Shown piece after piece: positions 21,860 to 33,027 of a DNA stretch of 64,000 bases. Position 1 is the first letter of the stretch, and every line of letters begins with the position of its first letter. The stretch is from an uncultured Gammaproteobacteria bacterium (lineage in GTDB: Bacteria; Pseudomonadota; Gammaproteobacteria; Eutrophobiales; Eutrophobiaceae): NCBI GenBank assembly GCA_951812995.1, contig CATOTD010000002.1:67468-131467 (forward strand). The letters are read 5' to 3'. A program made the translations under genes and the position numbers. The notes beneath the pieces were generated by a model. The model ran no database searches and was not told the origin of the DNA. It was given only the letters and a program-made list of their open reading frames with translations.

Positions 21860-22087
21860 TCAACCGCTTCTTTCTTGATCGATGTCGCCCAAAACGGAGC
21901 GGCGGGCACCAAAAACGCACAAAAGTCCATAGGCATCGCTTTCCCGTCTGCAGACGGGTTGAGATTTTTGTACAAAAACCTTATTTGAATATTCTCCCGG
22001 CAATGGTTCAATTTTCAGCCACGATGCGGGATTTCTGGCCGTTATCGGGACTTTTTTCGTTTTTCAGACTTAAGAAAAAAGGCTTCC
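21860..22087 (+). mobile_element. probable 3' remnant of an IS5-like element that truncates the adjacent IS256
   Basis: Ends AAGGCTTCC|AGCT, like the IS5-type end at 36118, and replaces the IS256 terminus. Confidence 0.35.
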
Positions 22088-22091
22088 AGCT

Positions 22092-23443
22092 TTCGCACTT
22101 TCTGATTTAGCTTTCCCTTAAATCTGTTTGTTACGCTACCTGAAAATCCTTTTCTTTATCCATCTCTTGGAGCAAATCCATGTTCAGATATGTCCGCGTT
22201 CCCCACTAGCTCCCCGCGATGTGTCTAAGCCTTGCCGCACAAAGCATCAACGCCGAGTTGCCATCCGGGAATGCTCCCACTACTCAAGTTCGCCGCCTGA
22301 TTTCTCGAATGATCCGCTCCAAAGGATTGTTAGTCCGAATGCAAATCCAGTGCTCTGCCAGAAACCGATAATACGTCAGGGTCTCTGCCATGCACTGGTC
22401 CAGCCAATCCGCTACACTCGATAACTTCATGTCCCTGAGCTTCTTCTCGACCTCCGTGGCCTTATGCCTGACTGATTCCATATATTCAGATGCATGGATA
22501 GCCTGCAACATGCGAGAGACTTCTTTGACACGACCACGAGACACATGACTGAAGACGTTGCGGTAGCAGTGCACAATACAACGCTGCCAGCCAGCTTCGG
22601 GTAGAAGTCACCTATTGACTCCTTGAGCCCAAGACAGGCATCACTGAGCACCAACCTGATGCCCTTGAGACCGCGTGCCTTTAAATGACGCAGGAATCCT
22701 GACCATCCCACCTTATCCTCCTTAGTACCTTCAACAATCCCTGGAATGCGGCGGTAGCCATCGTCCCCAACACCTATGGCGACTAGAACAGAAACGTTCT
22801 TCACTGCACCGCCCCAACTGCGTTTGAGCACAACACCGTCCAGGTATACATAAGGGAAATCACTCCCTATGGGGCGATTACGCCACTCTTCAATCTGCCC
22901 ATAGATACGCTGGTTGAGCTTTGAAATAGTCCCTAAGCTAACACGGGTACCCCACAATGCTGCGGTAATGTCTTCTACACGTTGTACTGAAACACCTGCC
23001 AGATACATCTCAATCAGTGCCTCTTCGACAGACGCTACACGGTGTCGATAGCGCTCTATGATGGCCATCTCAAAGGTCTGCTTGCGTAGCTTCGGCATCT
23101 TTAACTCAAGCTCTCCAGCCCTTGTGTGGCACTTCCTGGTGTAGCTATCAGACCGGTCGTCTTTGCGCGTCTCAGTGCGTGCATATCGATCAGCACCCAC
23201 CAGCGCATCAACCTCAGCATGAAGCATCTGGTTGCGGGTGTCTTCCACAGTCTTCAGTACCACTTTGTTGAGATGGCCCTGCAGTGCCTGTTCATCAATA
23301 GGGACTACGTTGTTCAAGTGCTTGCTTGTATCATCGCTCATGGCGACTCTTCTCCTAGTCAAATAAATGGTTATGTCACTTTTTATTTAACCAGATAAAG
23401 GGGAACCGCCTCTTCAAATTTGCGAAAGATAATTTATGTTATC
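22092..23443 (-). mobile_element. IS256-family element type A copy 1, pseudogenised
   Basis: MYLAGVS, YVYLDG, TNNPLER; frameshift and nonsense codon; end GATAACATAAATTATCTTTCGCA at 23443. Confidence 0.92.
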
Positions 23444-23772
23444 GTGTGTTGAATCATCTAACTCAATAATACAAATTACTTTTGTTGCAGTATCCGTGAT
23501 AACAAAGTCCATACGTTTAGACCATGCTTTATATTTATATTCACATGGTTCAACCAATGCGATTAACGAAGTTTGGCAGTGAATTAAATATTTATCATTC
23601 AATGCCTTTCGTAGAGCATAGAATAACTTTCTTTCATTCTCAGTAGTTAAATACTCATTTTTTCTGTGGTCGATTTTTATTTCTTTAGAAGCAATTACTT
23701 TTTTTTAGGCTGTAATTTTATAAAGAAAAACATGACTAGCGTAATCAAACCGATTAAGAGAATTATTTCCAT
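23444..23772 (-). pseudogene. DUF2726-like gene cassette ORF, frameshifted and cut by IS256
   Basis: AAGGAG RBS, hydrophobic N-terminus, LTTENERKLFYAL...MDFVI...IELDDSTH. Confidence 0.7.
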
Positions 23773-23787
23773 TAGTACTCCTTATAC

Positions 23788-23868
23788 TCATAACGCTTAG
23801 CATCCAGCGGTCCATCGAAGACCCGCGGAGCGGGCTTTGGGCGATCCGACTGCATACGCTTGTTATAA
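23788..23868 (-). other. integron attC recombination site
   Basis: Minus strand TTATAAC-AAGCG-TATGCAGTCGG...CCCGC-TCC-GCGGG...CCGCTGGATGC-TAAGC-GTTATGA: R'', L'', inner stem, L', R'. Confidence 0.75.
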
Positions 23869-24066
23869 GCCATTCTGCAACTTAGTTGTGCGAGAATCTA
23901 AAATAATCGCTATGCACCCGTTGAATCAAATTAATTGGGAATTATATACTTTACTCCAACTTCACTACAAAATACAAACACAATGATTTGTTAGTTTTTT
24001 CAAGTAACAAGCTCACCATGCTCACCTGTTACCTTATGCAATTTTTCAATTGCACTCCATTTTGGG

Positions 24067-24348
24067 TTAAACCATCTTTTCTTGTCTTTCGTTTGCACGC
24101 AACGACAATAAAAAGGTTTTTATCGGTTTTTTATCTTTGTTGAATACTGCAATATCAAGCGGATACTCTTTTTTGGTATCAGATGGCCTTACTTTTACAC
24201 GCCACTGTGGTCGTGTTTGTAATTGTTCTTTGGGGTATCCGTAATCTTCGACAAGTGTTTCGGAAAAGACTTGTACTGCTTCTACTTCTTCTGGCGTAGC
24301 TTTTACTTCTTCACCACTTATATAGTCTTTGATGTAACCTTCTCTCAT
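24067..24348 (-). pseudogene. passenger fragment: HsdR_N-like N-terminus of an R-M enzyme
   Basis: YIKDYISG..VKATPEE..VQ....LVEDYGYPKEQL...YPLDIAVF; a shifted frame continues NLFIVVACKRK. Confidence 0.7.
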
Positions 24349-24388
24349 TATCGTCCTGTATATCCGCATTCTATTTCCATTGCTTTGC

Positions 24389-25312
24389 TCATGCTAGCAC
24401 CTCGCGATAGGTAATCCGTTTACCTATCGCGTTGCTTATAAGTGATTCTATACGTTGATTGGTTGGTAACTTACATGGTCCGTTATTCAGTCTAAAAGTC
24501 ACTTCGTTCACATAGCGATGTAAGTGTTTAGTGCTGGCATGAGGCCATACCCCATACAGACCGCGTTTGAGTAAAGCCCAGACACTTTCAATGCTATTGG
24601 TATGAATGTTGTTTGAACCCACATATTCTCCCGCACTATGGGTTACCGTACCATGCTGATAAGCAGACTGTAAATGCTGATATGACCTGTGTTCATCTGT
24701 GTAAATGGTGGCACCATATTCCACTGAACAGCCAATCTCTTTGTGTAGGGTCGGTATATCAGTTGATGGGATAGGCTTAGCCCTTGTGCGGCCACCGCGC
24801 TCACGCATTCCGACCACTACCTGCTTGCCAGCTACGCCACGGCCTGCGCGGGCTTTCTTGTGTTTGTTATGTTCCTTCCCACCGATATAGGTCTCATCAA
24901 TCTCAACAATGCCAGAAAGTAAATTATCTGTATTATCGTTACAGGTTTCACGAATGCGGGCCTGCATAAACCAGGCGGTCTTTTGAGTTACTCCGATTTG
25001 TTTAGATAACTGCAAGCTAGATATGCCCTTGCGCGAGGTGACAGTTAAGTAAATAGCATACAGCCATTTATGTAGTGGTACATGAGAACGTTCAAAGATA
25101 GTGCCGGTTCTCACTGTAAACTCACTCTTGCAGTCCCGGCATAAGTAATATCCTGTCCGCTTTCCTTTGCGCGGGGTAATACGCTTAAATCCCCCACAAT
25201 GAGGACAGGATATGTAATCTCCCCAGCGTTGTCCCTCAAAATACAATCTAGCGGCTTCAGCATCCGGAAACTGGCGAAATAACTCAAATGTGGATATGGT
25301 ATTGTCTTTCAT
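24389..25312 (-). CDS. IS1595-family transposase
   Basis: Zn ribbon CPHC..CRDC, FTVRTGTIFE, VEIDETYIGG, YTDE, HTNSIESVW. Confidence 0.95.
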   Translation of the reverse strand: MKDNTISTFELFRQFPDAEAARLYFEGQRWGDYISCPHCGGFKRITPRKGKRTGYYLCRDCKSEFTVRTGTIFERSHVPLHKWLYAIYLTVTSRKGISSLQLSKQIGVTQKTAWFMQARIRETCNDNTDNLLSGIVEIDETYIGGKEHNKHKKARAGRGVAGKQVVVGMRERGGRTRAKPIPSTDIPTLHKEIGCSVEYGATIYTDEHRSYQHLQSAYQHGTVTHSAGEYVGSNNIHTNSIESVWALLKRGLYGVWPHASTKHLHRYVNEVTFRLNNGPCKLPTNQRIESLISNAIGKRITYREVLA

Positions 25313-25397
25313 TGATGACCCTCCGTTTTATTGCATTTTTATGTTAGATTATATGGGTTATTTATTGGAGTCAAGTATATAATTCCCAATTAATTCC

Positions 25398-25793
25398 CTA
25401 TGCCATTGTTCTGAACCAGTCCTTAACTGTGAGATTTAGTCTATCAATTTCATCTTCTGTGATAGGGCAGCAATGTGCAATTGGGCCTCGAAGTAGGTTT
25501 AAACTACTCATTACCCGTTCGACTGCCCTGCGGCTATTGAAGATAGTGCCAAATACGTCCCAGCTGTCAATAATTATCACGGAAAGTTCGCCAAAGGTCG
25601 TATAGTCAATTTCGTTATCTGATCGTCGCGTAATGCCACTATCAAGTTCCCTTTGAGTTCGGTTTGCCACATCATTTCGTATTTTCTCTGGCACTCGATC
25701 TGAAGACCACCAATTTCCGCCTTCGGCATCAGTAAGTGTCTCTGAAATGAGTTTTCTAATCGAAGTTTCTAAGCAATAAAAAAATTCATAGTG
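25398..25793 (-). pseudogene. Swt1-like HEPN domain gene, 5' truncated by IS5
   Basis: HYEFFYCLETSIRKLI...NWW...DYTTFGEL...LNLLRGPIAH (Rx4H motif). Confidence 0.7.
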
Positions 25794-25798
25794 TTAAT

Positions 25799-26890
25799 GG
25801 AACCTCTATTAATGCAATCACTTTCCAGTTTATTGGCTCAGAGAGGTTAAAAATAACCAATTTGATCCAAAAAGCCGGTAGTCTCCGTACAGCCCTGTTC
25901 TCGGCTTTACTTCGTTTTCAAGACGCACTGACCCGTGCCAGAAAGCATAAACGCCTCATGTTGTACCTTAGATTCATCAAGCCGATATGCATGTTTGTGC
26001 GCGTAATGCCAATGCAAGGAACCGCTTTGCGGTGTAAATTGCGCTGTGCTCCAAACACAGGTTCGACCCGACTACGAACTTTGGAGCGCGTGCGCTTACC
26101 TTGCGCCTTGAGAAACGCTACTTTTTCCTCTGACCGATAGGCACTGTCAGCCCAGACATCTTTACTGGTATTGCTGTCATCTGGCAGGTCGGCAAAAACC
26201 TGCGCATCATGGACGCTGGCATCAGTGACCTGATAGTCACGAATCAACTTGTTGTCATGGTCTATCTGTATGTGGTTCTTGTAAGCAAAATGGCTACGGC
26301 TATGTTTCTTCGTCCAGCGGGCCGGGACAGTGCCTGCCTTAATCCGGGCATTGTATTCCCGAAGGTTACGCGGCAACAGTGCCGGAATGATCGAGGAGGC
26401 AACTATCTGACCCTTGCGAGTGATATAAGCCGCCTGGTTCAACGACAACTGCTCAAACAACGATGCCATCAGACCCAGCGCCGCTAACCGATGCTTGAAT
26501 GCCCAGCAGGTTTTGGTATCAGCGACTCGTTGCTGCCTAGCAAGACCCAGAAACTGCTGAAAACTGCAACGGTCTTCGATTTGGTATTCCAACTGAGCAT
26601 CGCTAAGACCATACAGATTTTGCACAAGCAGTCCCTTGAACATCATCACTACGTTTGTTGGGCGTTGCCCGCCTGACGCTTACGTTGTTTCTCATGAACC
26701 TTGTTCAACAACGACCGAAAAGATCCCCAGTCAACCGTCTTTTCCAGTTCAGGCAGAGGATTACCCAACTGTTTGAGACGATAGTCTTGAAGATTAAACA
26801 GAGAACCGAAAATGTCATTGCTCATGGAAGTTTCTTTGTCAGTTTGGAAACTTCAACATTGTACCAAATAACGTCATTAATAGAGATGCC
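25799..26890 (-). mobile_element. IS5-family element, degenerate
   Basis: IR GGAACCTCTATTAATG / CATTAATAGAGATGCC; LSD..LE, YKNHI, WADSAY, RVEPVFG; frameshift and deletions. Confidence 0.88.
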
Positions 26891-27390
26891 TTAAAGTTTC
26901 ACGTTTAACATTGGGAATTACTTTAGTCATTATCTTGCCGCCGCGCTCAACCATTCCGAGAATACCGGTTTTCTTAGATCTTATGTCAGTTGGTCAACCG
27001 CGCACATTGTCCTTGTCGCATCCATGGGCTTCGTTGACCTCTACATGGCCGGATAGTTCGTCATCACCGTCTATTTTACCCATGTACTTGCGAATTTCGT
27101 GCCCCATACGCCATGCAGTCTTGTAAGTGACAGAGAGTTGGTGCTGTAGCTCCTTAGCTGGCACACCATGACGAGAAGAGGTGAATAGGTAGATCGCGTA
27201 AAACCACTTCTGTAATGGTGTAGAAGACCCCGCAAACGGAGTAACGGCCATAGGGCTGATCTGGCGGTCGCAATACTGACAGGAGAACACAGGGCGCTTG
27301 GCAACTCTGTGAAACTTAGAATTCTTCTTGCACTTCGGACACTCTAGATCTTTGCCATAGCGAACATTGTGAGTCAAGGGAATAATGCCC
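26891..27390 (-). mobile_element. IS1595-family remnant
   Basis: CPKC..CQYC, KWFYAIYL, YKTAWRMGHEIR, LSGHVEVNE; end-like GGGCATTATTCCCTTGACTC. Confidence 0.8.
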
Positions 27391-27427
27391 ACGAAAATTA
27401 GTTCAATCAGGGGTGCTTAATGATTAA

Positions 27428-28602
27428 TGAACATCTGATTAATTCCATAATATGCGATAATACCGCAATGTTTTAAGTGGAGGGTCAAAAGATGCAACAA
27501 AAAAGCCTGGCAGTATCTGGATTCGAGAAATACCGCAAGCAGACACGCAAAGAGATATTTCTCGAAGAGATGAATCAGCTCATTCCCTGGCAAGCGCTGA
27601 CTGCAGTAATTGAGCCTCATTACCCCAACCCCCGGGGTGCTGGTCGCCGTCCGGTGGGCATGGAACGCATGCTGAGAATCTACTTCCTGCAACACGGGTT
27701 TGCCTTATCTGATCCTGCCACAGAAGCGGCTTTATATGACACACCTGCCATGCGGTGCTTTGCCCAGATAGACTTAGGTCAGGAACCCGTGCCAGATGCA
27801 AGCACCCGCTGTCAATGCCGTCATCTACTGGAGGAGAACAACCTCGGAGTTGCCCTGTTTGATGCTGTTGCCGTCTATCTGGAAGCAAACGGCATGCAAA
27901 GTATCCAAAGGCACTATTGTTGATGCGACCCTCATCAATGCGCCTACCGCCACCAAGAACAAAAGCAAAACCCGTGACCTTGATAGGCATCAGACCAAAA
28001 AAGGCAAGCAATGGTACTTTGGCATGAAGGCGCACATCGGTGTGGATAGCAAAACCAAACTGATACACTCGGTTGTTGCCACACCAGCCCATGTCCACGA
28101 CTCACAGGTACTTGGAGACCTACTGCATGGAGAAGAGACCCGTCTTTGGGGAGATAGTGCCTATGCGGGTCAGCAATCCGTACTCAAGGATAATGACCCC
28201 AAGGTAAAAGACTACACCCAGGTCAAAGGCTCACGTCACCGCAAACTGACCGAACAGGACAAGGCTAAAAACCGGCACAAATCCAAAGTCCGTGCCAAGG
28301 TTGAGCATGTCTTTCATATCATGCAGCGACAATATGGATTTACCAAAGTCAGATTCAAAGGGCCAGGCAAGAATGCGAACCACCTGTTTGCCCACTGTGC
28401 CCTGATTAATCTTATGCTATCAAAGAAACAATTATTACGGCTATCAGTGGCTTAGTACGCCTGGAATAGGGGCGATAGCTGAAAACCAGTAGGCCGGGAC
28501 AAGAGAAATGAAAGAGAGTAATGAGCAAGACGTTCAATGCTCGCTACTATCGAGCACAGTGATGCCCACTTGCTTGAAAATCCTTAATTAATTAGATGTT
28601 CC
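27428..28602 (+). mobile_element. IS5-family element copy 1, frameshifted
   Basis: WYFGMKAHIGVD, WGDSAY, RAKVEHVF; IR GAACATCTGATTAA / TTAATTAGATGTTCC. Confidence 0.92.
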
Positions 28603-28642
28603 TTAAATTGTATTCTGGTGTTATAATAGTTTGGGTGAGAAA

Positions 28643-29407
28643 ATGGAACAAATAAAACTAAAAAGTTGTGCTGAGGAATGTGTAAATAAAATTATGGAAG
28701 GTGATTTTTTTGCCATGCCATATAAACACCTTGTTGTTGATAATTTTTTACCTGTTGATTTAGCGAAGAAGTGTACGGAAAGTTTTCCAAGTTTAGATGA
28801 TCCAGTGTGGGAGCATGAATCTGACTTTGATGTAGAAGTAAAATCGAGGACAATGTGGAGATCAGAGTTTGATATTCCATCAAATATTGTTGATGCGGTA
28901 AGAATATTAAATTCATCTCTAGTTTTATATGCTCTTTCAGAAATGTTCAGTATTCCTAAACTTGTTCCTGATCCTTATTTTACTGGCGGAGGTTTAAATG
29001 TCTCTAATAGAGGTGGTTTACTTGGCGTGCATGTTGACGGTAACTATCATGATGCAACAGGCTTAAATAGAAGAATGAATGCTTTGATATATTTAAACCC
29101 TAGATGGGAAGAAAGTTGGGGAGGAGAGTTTGGACTTTATAATAATGATGGAAGTGAAGTTGTAAAAAAAATAGCCCCTATTTTTAATAGATTGATTGTT
29201 TTTGACTCTCACGATTATAGCTTTCATGGACTTCCTGAGGCTATCAAGTGTCCTGAAGGGGAGCAGAGAAAATCTATAATACTGTATTACTATACTAAGG
29301 AAAATCGTCCCGCGACACAGGTAAGTATTAAAGAGCCTCACCGTGCTTTGTGGGTTAAAAGAAAGTTGAAAGACAAAAGTGGAAATATATGCCGTGAATT
29401 TGATTAG
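28643..29407 (+). CDS. 2OG-Fe(II) oxygenase
   Basis: HVD...H facial triad, LIYLN..WEESWGG, RKSI.LYYY; AT-rich. Confidence 0.85.
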   Translation: MEQIKLKSCAEECVNKIMEGDFFAMPYKHLVVDNFLPVDLAKKCTESFPSLDDPVWEHESDFDVEVKSRTMWRSEFDIPSNIVDAVRILNSSLVLYALSEMFSIPKLVPDPYFTGGGLNVSNRGGLLGVHVDGNYHDATGLNRRMNALIYLNPRWEESWGGEFGLYNNDGSEVVKKIAPIFNRLIVFDSHDYSFHGLPEAIKCPEGEQRKSIILYYYTKENRPATQVSIKEPHRALWVKRKLKDKSGNICREFD

Positions 29408-29421
29408 ATGGAAAATTGTAG

Positions 29422-30432
29422 ATGTTTGAAAATAGAGTATTAATGATTACAGGTGGAACAGGTTCATTTGGTAATGCCGTATTAAATCGTTTCTTACCCA
29501 CCGGTGTAAGTGAGGTTCGTATTTTTAGTCGTGATGAAAAAAAACAAGAGGAAATGCGGCTCATTCATAATAATGACAAGCTACGATTTTACATAGGAGA
29601 TGTGCGTGATTTTGATAGCATCGCTCATGCTATGAAAGGGGTGGATTATGTATTTCATGCGGCCGCACTTAAGCAAGTACCTTCTTGTGAGTTTTATCCG
29701 ATGGAAGCTGTGCGCACTAATGTGATTGGTGCGGGAAACGTCATGTCGGCCGCAACTATGAATAGTGTGAAACGTGTTATTGTTTTAAGCACTGATAAAG
29801 CAGTATATCCAATTAATGCGATGGGCTTATCGAAAGCATTGATGGAGAAATTAATGATAGCTAAATCACGCTCACAAAATGAAGGAGAAACAATATTTTC
29901 TGCTACCAGGTATGGAAATGTAATGGCTTCTCGAGGGTCCGTAATTCCATTGTTTATTTCACAATTGAAACAAGGGGAACCCTTGACGATAACAGACCCA
30001 AACATGACGCGATTCTTAATGTCATTAGAAGATTCTGTAGATCTGGTATTACATGCTTTTAAGTATAGTCAACAAGGTGATATTTTTGTGCAAAAAGCGC
30101 CTGCGGCAACAGTTATGGATCTTGCTGAGGCTTTAAGAAATATATTTAACAAGGGGAATCCTATTAATATTATTGGCACTCGTCATGGTGAAAAACTTTA
30201 TGAATCATTAATTTCTAGAGAAGAAATCGAACGGGCAAATGAAAAGGATAAGTATTTTTGTATTCCTGCTGACTCCCGCGACTTAAATTACAATATGTAT
30301 TTTAGTAATGGAGAAGAAAGAATATCTCAATTAGAGGATTATACCTCCCACAACACACAAAGGTTGGATGTTAAAGAGATTGAAGCACTCCTTTTAAGTC
30401 TTGATTGCGTAAAAGAAGCGCTTGATGCTTAA
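29422..30432 (+). CDS. fnlA: UDP-GlcNAc 4,6-dehydratase/epimerase (FnlA/WbjB/CapE type)
   Basis: ITGGTGSFG, AALKQVPSCEFYP, STDKAVYPINAMG, RYGNVMASRGSV, YTSHNT. Confidence 0.9.
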   Translation: MFENRVLMITGGTGSFGNAVLNRFLPTGVSEVRIFSRDEKKQEEMRLIHNNDKLRFYIGDVRDFDSIAHAMKGVDYVFHAAALKQVPSCEFYPMEAVRTNVIGAGNVMSAATMNSVKRVIVLSTDKAVYPINAMGLSKALMEKLMIAKSRSQNEGETIFSATRYGNVMASRGSVIPLFISQLKQGEPLTITDPNMTRFLMSLEDSVDLVLHAFKYSQQGDIFVQKAPAATVMDLAEALRNIFNKGNPINIIGTRHGEKLYESLISREEIERANEKDKYFCIPADSRDLNYNMYFSNGEERISQLEDYTSHNTQRLDVKEIEALLLSLDCVKEALDA

Positions 30433-31561
30433 GGTTATGACTATTGTTGGAACTCGACCCGAGCTTATCAAGATGAGCCGTGTTATAGTAGAGTTTGATC
30501 GCCAAACTGAACATGTTCTTGTGCATACTGGCCAAAATTATGACTATGAATTGAATCAAATATTTTTTGATGAAATGAATATTCGAAAACCAAATTATTT
30601 TCTGGATGTTGCCAGTGAAAATGCCGCAAAAACCATAGGTCAGGTTATTATTAGTTCCGATGAAATATTACGTAGGGAAAAGCCAGATGCTGTTTTGCTT
30701 TATGGTGATACAAATTCTTGCCTTGCGGTTATTTCTGCAAAACGACTTAAAATTCCTATATTTCATTTTGAAGCCGGCAATCGTTGTTTTAATCAATGTG
30801 TTCCAGAAGAATTAAATCGTAAGATTGTTGATCATTTAAGTGATATAAATCTCGTTTTAAGTGAACACGCCAGGCGTTGTTTGATTGCAGAAGGCATCCC
30901 TGCGGACAGAATAATTAAGACGGGTTCTCATATGCAAGAAGTGTTGGAATATTATCTTCCAGAAATAGAAAAATCAGAGGTGTTGCAACATAATAAGCTA
31001 AAACAAAACGAATATTTCGTTGTGAGCGCACATCGGGAGGAGAATGTTGATTCTCCAGAAAATCTTGTTGAGCTCTTAAACACACTTAATATATTAGCCA
31101 GAACGTATAAGTTTCCAATAATCGTATCGACTCATCCGCGAACACAAAAACGGTTAAATAAAATTGATGATATAGGAGTAAATAGTCTGATTAGATTTAT
31201 CAAACCTTTTGGTTTTGTAGATTATATAAAATTACAGATTGATTCGTACTGTGTGATCTCAGATAGTGGGACTATTATGGAAGAAGCGGCATTATTGAAC
31301 TTTCCTGCAATCACTATTCGAGATGAACATGAAAGACCAGAAGGTTTTGATTCAGGAACACTGGTTATGACTGGTTTAAAGCAAGAACGGGTACAAGATG
31401 GTATAAAGATAATTAAGAGTCAGCGAAAAGAACTCGAAAAAAATATAGGGGTGGTGACTGATTATGAAGCGGGGTCCGTATCAAAAAAAGCAGTCAGGAT
31501 TGTTTTAAGCTATATTGATTACGTAAATAAAGGGAATTATATACTTGAATCCAATAAATAA
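30425..31561 (+). CDS. non-hydrolysing UDP-sugar 2-epimerase (FnlC/WbjD type); C-terminus altered by IS
   Basis: VGTRPE, HTGQNYDYELN, GDTNS, EAGNRCF, DSGTI.EE, ERPEG. Confidence 0.88.
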   Translation: MLKVMTIVGTRPELIKMSRVIVEFDRQTEHVLVHTGQNYDYELNQIFFDEMNIRKPNYFLDVASENAAKTIGQVIISSDEILRREKPDAVLLYGDTNSCLAVISAKRLKIPIFHFEAGNRCFNQCVPEELNRKIVDHLSDINLVLSEHARRCLIAEGIPADRIIKTGSHMQEVLEYYLPEIEKSEVLQHNKLKQNEYFVVSAHREENVDSPENLVELLNTLNILARTYKFPIIVSTHPRTQKRLNKIDDIGVNSLIRFIKPFGFVDYIKLQIDSYCVISDSGTIMEEAALLNFPAITIRDEHERPEGFDSGTLVMTGLKQERVQDGIKIIKSQRKELEKNIGVVTDYEAGSVSKKAVRIVLSYIDYVNKGNYILESNK

Positions 31562-31606
31562 CCCATATAATCTAACATAAAAATGCAATAAAACGGAGGG
31601 GTATCA

Positions 31607-32536
31607 ATGAAAGACAATACCATATCCACATTTGAGTTATTTCGCCAGTTTCCGGATGCTGAAGCCGCTAGATTGTATTTTGAGGGACAACGCTGGGGAG
31701 ATTACATATCCTGTCCTCATTGTGGGGAATTTAAGCGTATTACCCCGCGCAAAGGAAAGCGGACAGGATATTACTTATGCCGGGACTGCAAGAGTGAGTT
31801 TACGGTGAGAACCGGCACTATCTTTGAACGTTCTCATGTACCACTACATAAATGGCTATATGCTATTTACTTAACTGTCACCTCGCGCAAGGGCATATCT
31901 AGCTTGCAGTTATCTAAACAAATCGGAGTAACTCAAAAGACCGCCTGGTTTATGCAGGCCCGCATTCGTGAATCCTGTAACGATAATACAGATAATTTAC
32001 TTTCTGGCATTGTTGAGATTGATGAGACCTATATCGGTGGGAAGGAACATAACAAACACAAACACAAGAAAGCCCGCGCAGGCCGTGGCGTAGCTGGCAA
32101 GCAGGTAGTGGTCGGAATGCGTGAGCGCGGTGGCCGCACAAGGGCTAAGCCTATCCCATCAACTGATATACCGACCCTGCACAAAGAGATTGGCTGTTCA
32201 GTGGAATATGGTGCCACCATTTACACAGATGAACACAGGTCATATCAGCATTTACAGTCTGCTTATCAGCATGGTACGGTAACCCATAGTGCGGGAGAAT
32301 ATGTGGGTTCAAACAACATTCATACCAATAGCATTGAAAGTGTCTGGGCTTTACTCAAACGCGGTCTGTATGGGGTATGGCCTCATGCCAGCACTAAACA
32401 CTTACATCGCTATGTGAACGAAGTGACTTTTAGACTGAATAACGGACCATGTAAGTTACCAACCAATCAACGTATAGAATCACTTATAAGCAACGCGATA
32501 GGTAAACGGATTACCTATCGCGAGGTGCTAGCATGA
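31607..32536 (+). CDS. IS1595-family transposase
   Basis: Nearly identical to 24389..25312, with a 2-codon insertion. Confidence 0.95.
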   Translation: MKDNTISTFELFRQFPDAEAARLYFEGQRWGDYISCPHCGEFKRITPRKGKRTGYYLCRDCKSEFTVRTGTIFERSHVPLHKWLYAIYLTVTSRKGISSLQLSKQIGVTQKTAWFMQARIRESCNDNTDNLLSGIVEIDETYIGGKEHNKHKHKKARAGRGVAGKQVVVGMRERGGRTRAKPIPSTDIPTLHKEIGCSVEYGATIYTDEHRSYQHLQSAYQHGTVTHSAGEYVGSNNIHTNSIESVWALLKRGLYGVWPHASTKHLHRYVNEVTFRLNNGPCKLPTNQRIESLISNAIGKRITYREVLA

Positions 32537-32576
32537 GCAAAGCAATGGAAATAGAATGCGGATATACAGGACGATA

Positions 32577-32852
32577 ATGAGAGCAGGTTACATCAAAGAC
32601 TATATAAGTGGTGAAGAAGTAAAAGCTACGCCAGCAGAAGCAGTACAAGTCTTTTCCGAAACACTTGTCGAAGATTACGGATACCCCAAAGAACAATTAC
32701 AAACACGACCACAGTGGCGTGTAAAAGTAAGGCCATCTGATACCAAAAAAGAGTATCCGCTTGATATTGCAGTATTCAACAAAGATAAAAAACCGATAAA
32801 AACCTTTTTATTGTCGTTGCGTGCAAACGAAAGACAAGAAAAGATGGTTTAA
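32577..32852 (+). pseudogene. passenger fragment: HsdR_N-like N-terminus of an R-M enzyme
   Basis: Same as in element A, with a 2-codon deletion. Confidence 0.7.
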
Positions 32853-33027
32853 CCCAAAATGGAGTGCAATTGAAAAATTGCATAAGGTAACAGGTGAGCA
32901 TGGTGAGCTTGTTACTTGAAAAAACTAACAAATCATTGTGTTTGTATTTTGTAGTGAAGTTGGAGTAAAGTATATAATTCCATAAATAAAAATGTTTGGC
33001 ACTCTCCATAATTTTTTATAATAAATT

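Larger units (their letters stand above)
23937..25387 (-). mobile_element. IS1595-family element A with passenger DNA (1451 bp)
   Basis: Terminal IR GGGAATTATATACTT at both ends; 8-bp TSD AATTAATT (23929-23936 and 25388-25395). Confidence 0.93.
31532..32982 (+). mobile_element. IS1595-family element B, near-identical inverted copy of A (1451 bp)
   Basis: Same IRs; 8-bp TSD TAAATAAA (31524-31531 and 32983-32990). Confidence 0.93.

Noticed and set aside
23937..32982. Composite transposon or inversion bounded by inverted IS1595 A and B
   Set aside because: Each copy keeps its own matching 8-bp TSD, so they are independent insertions
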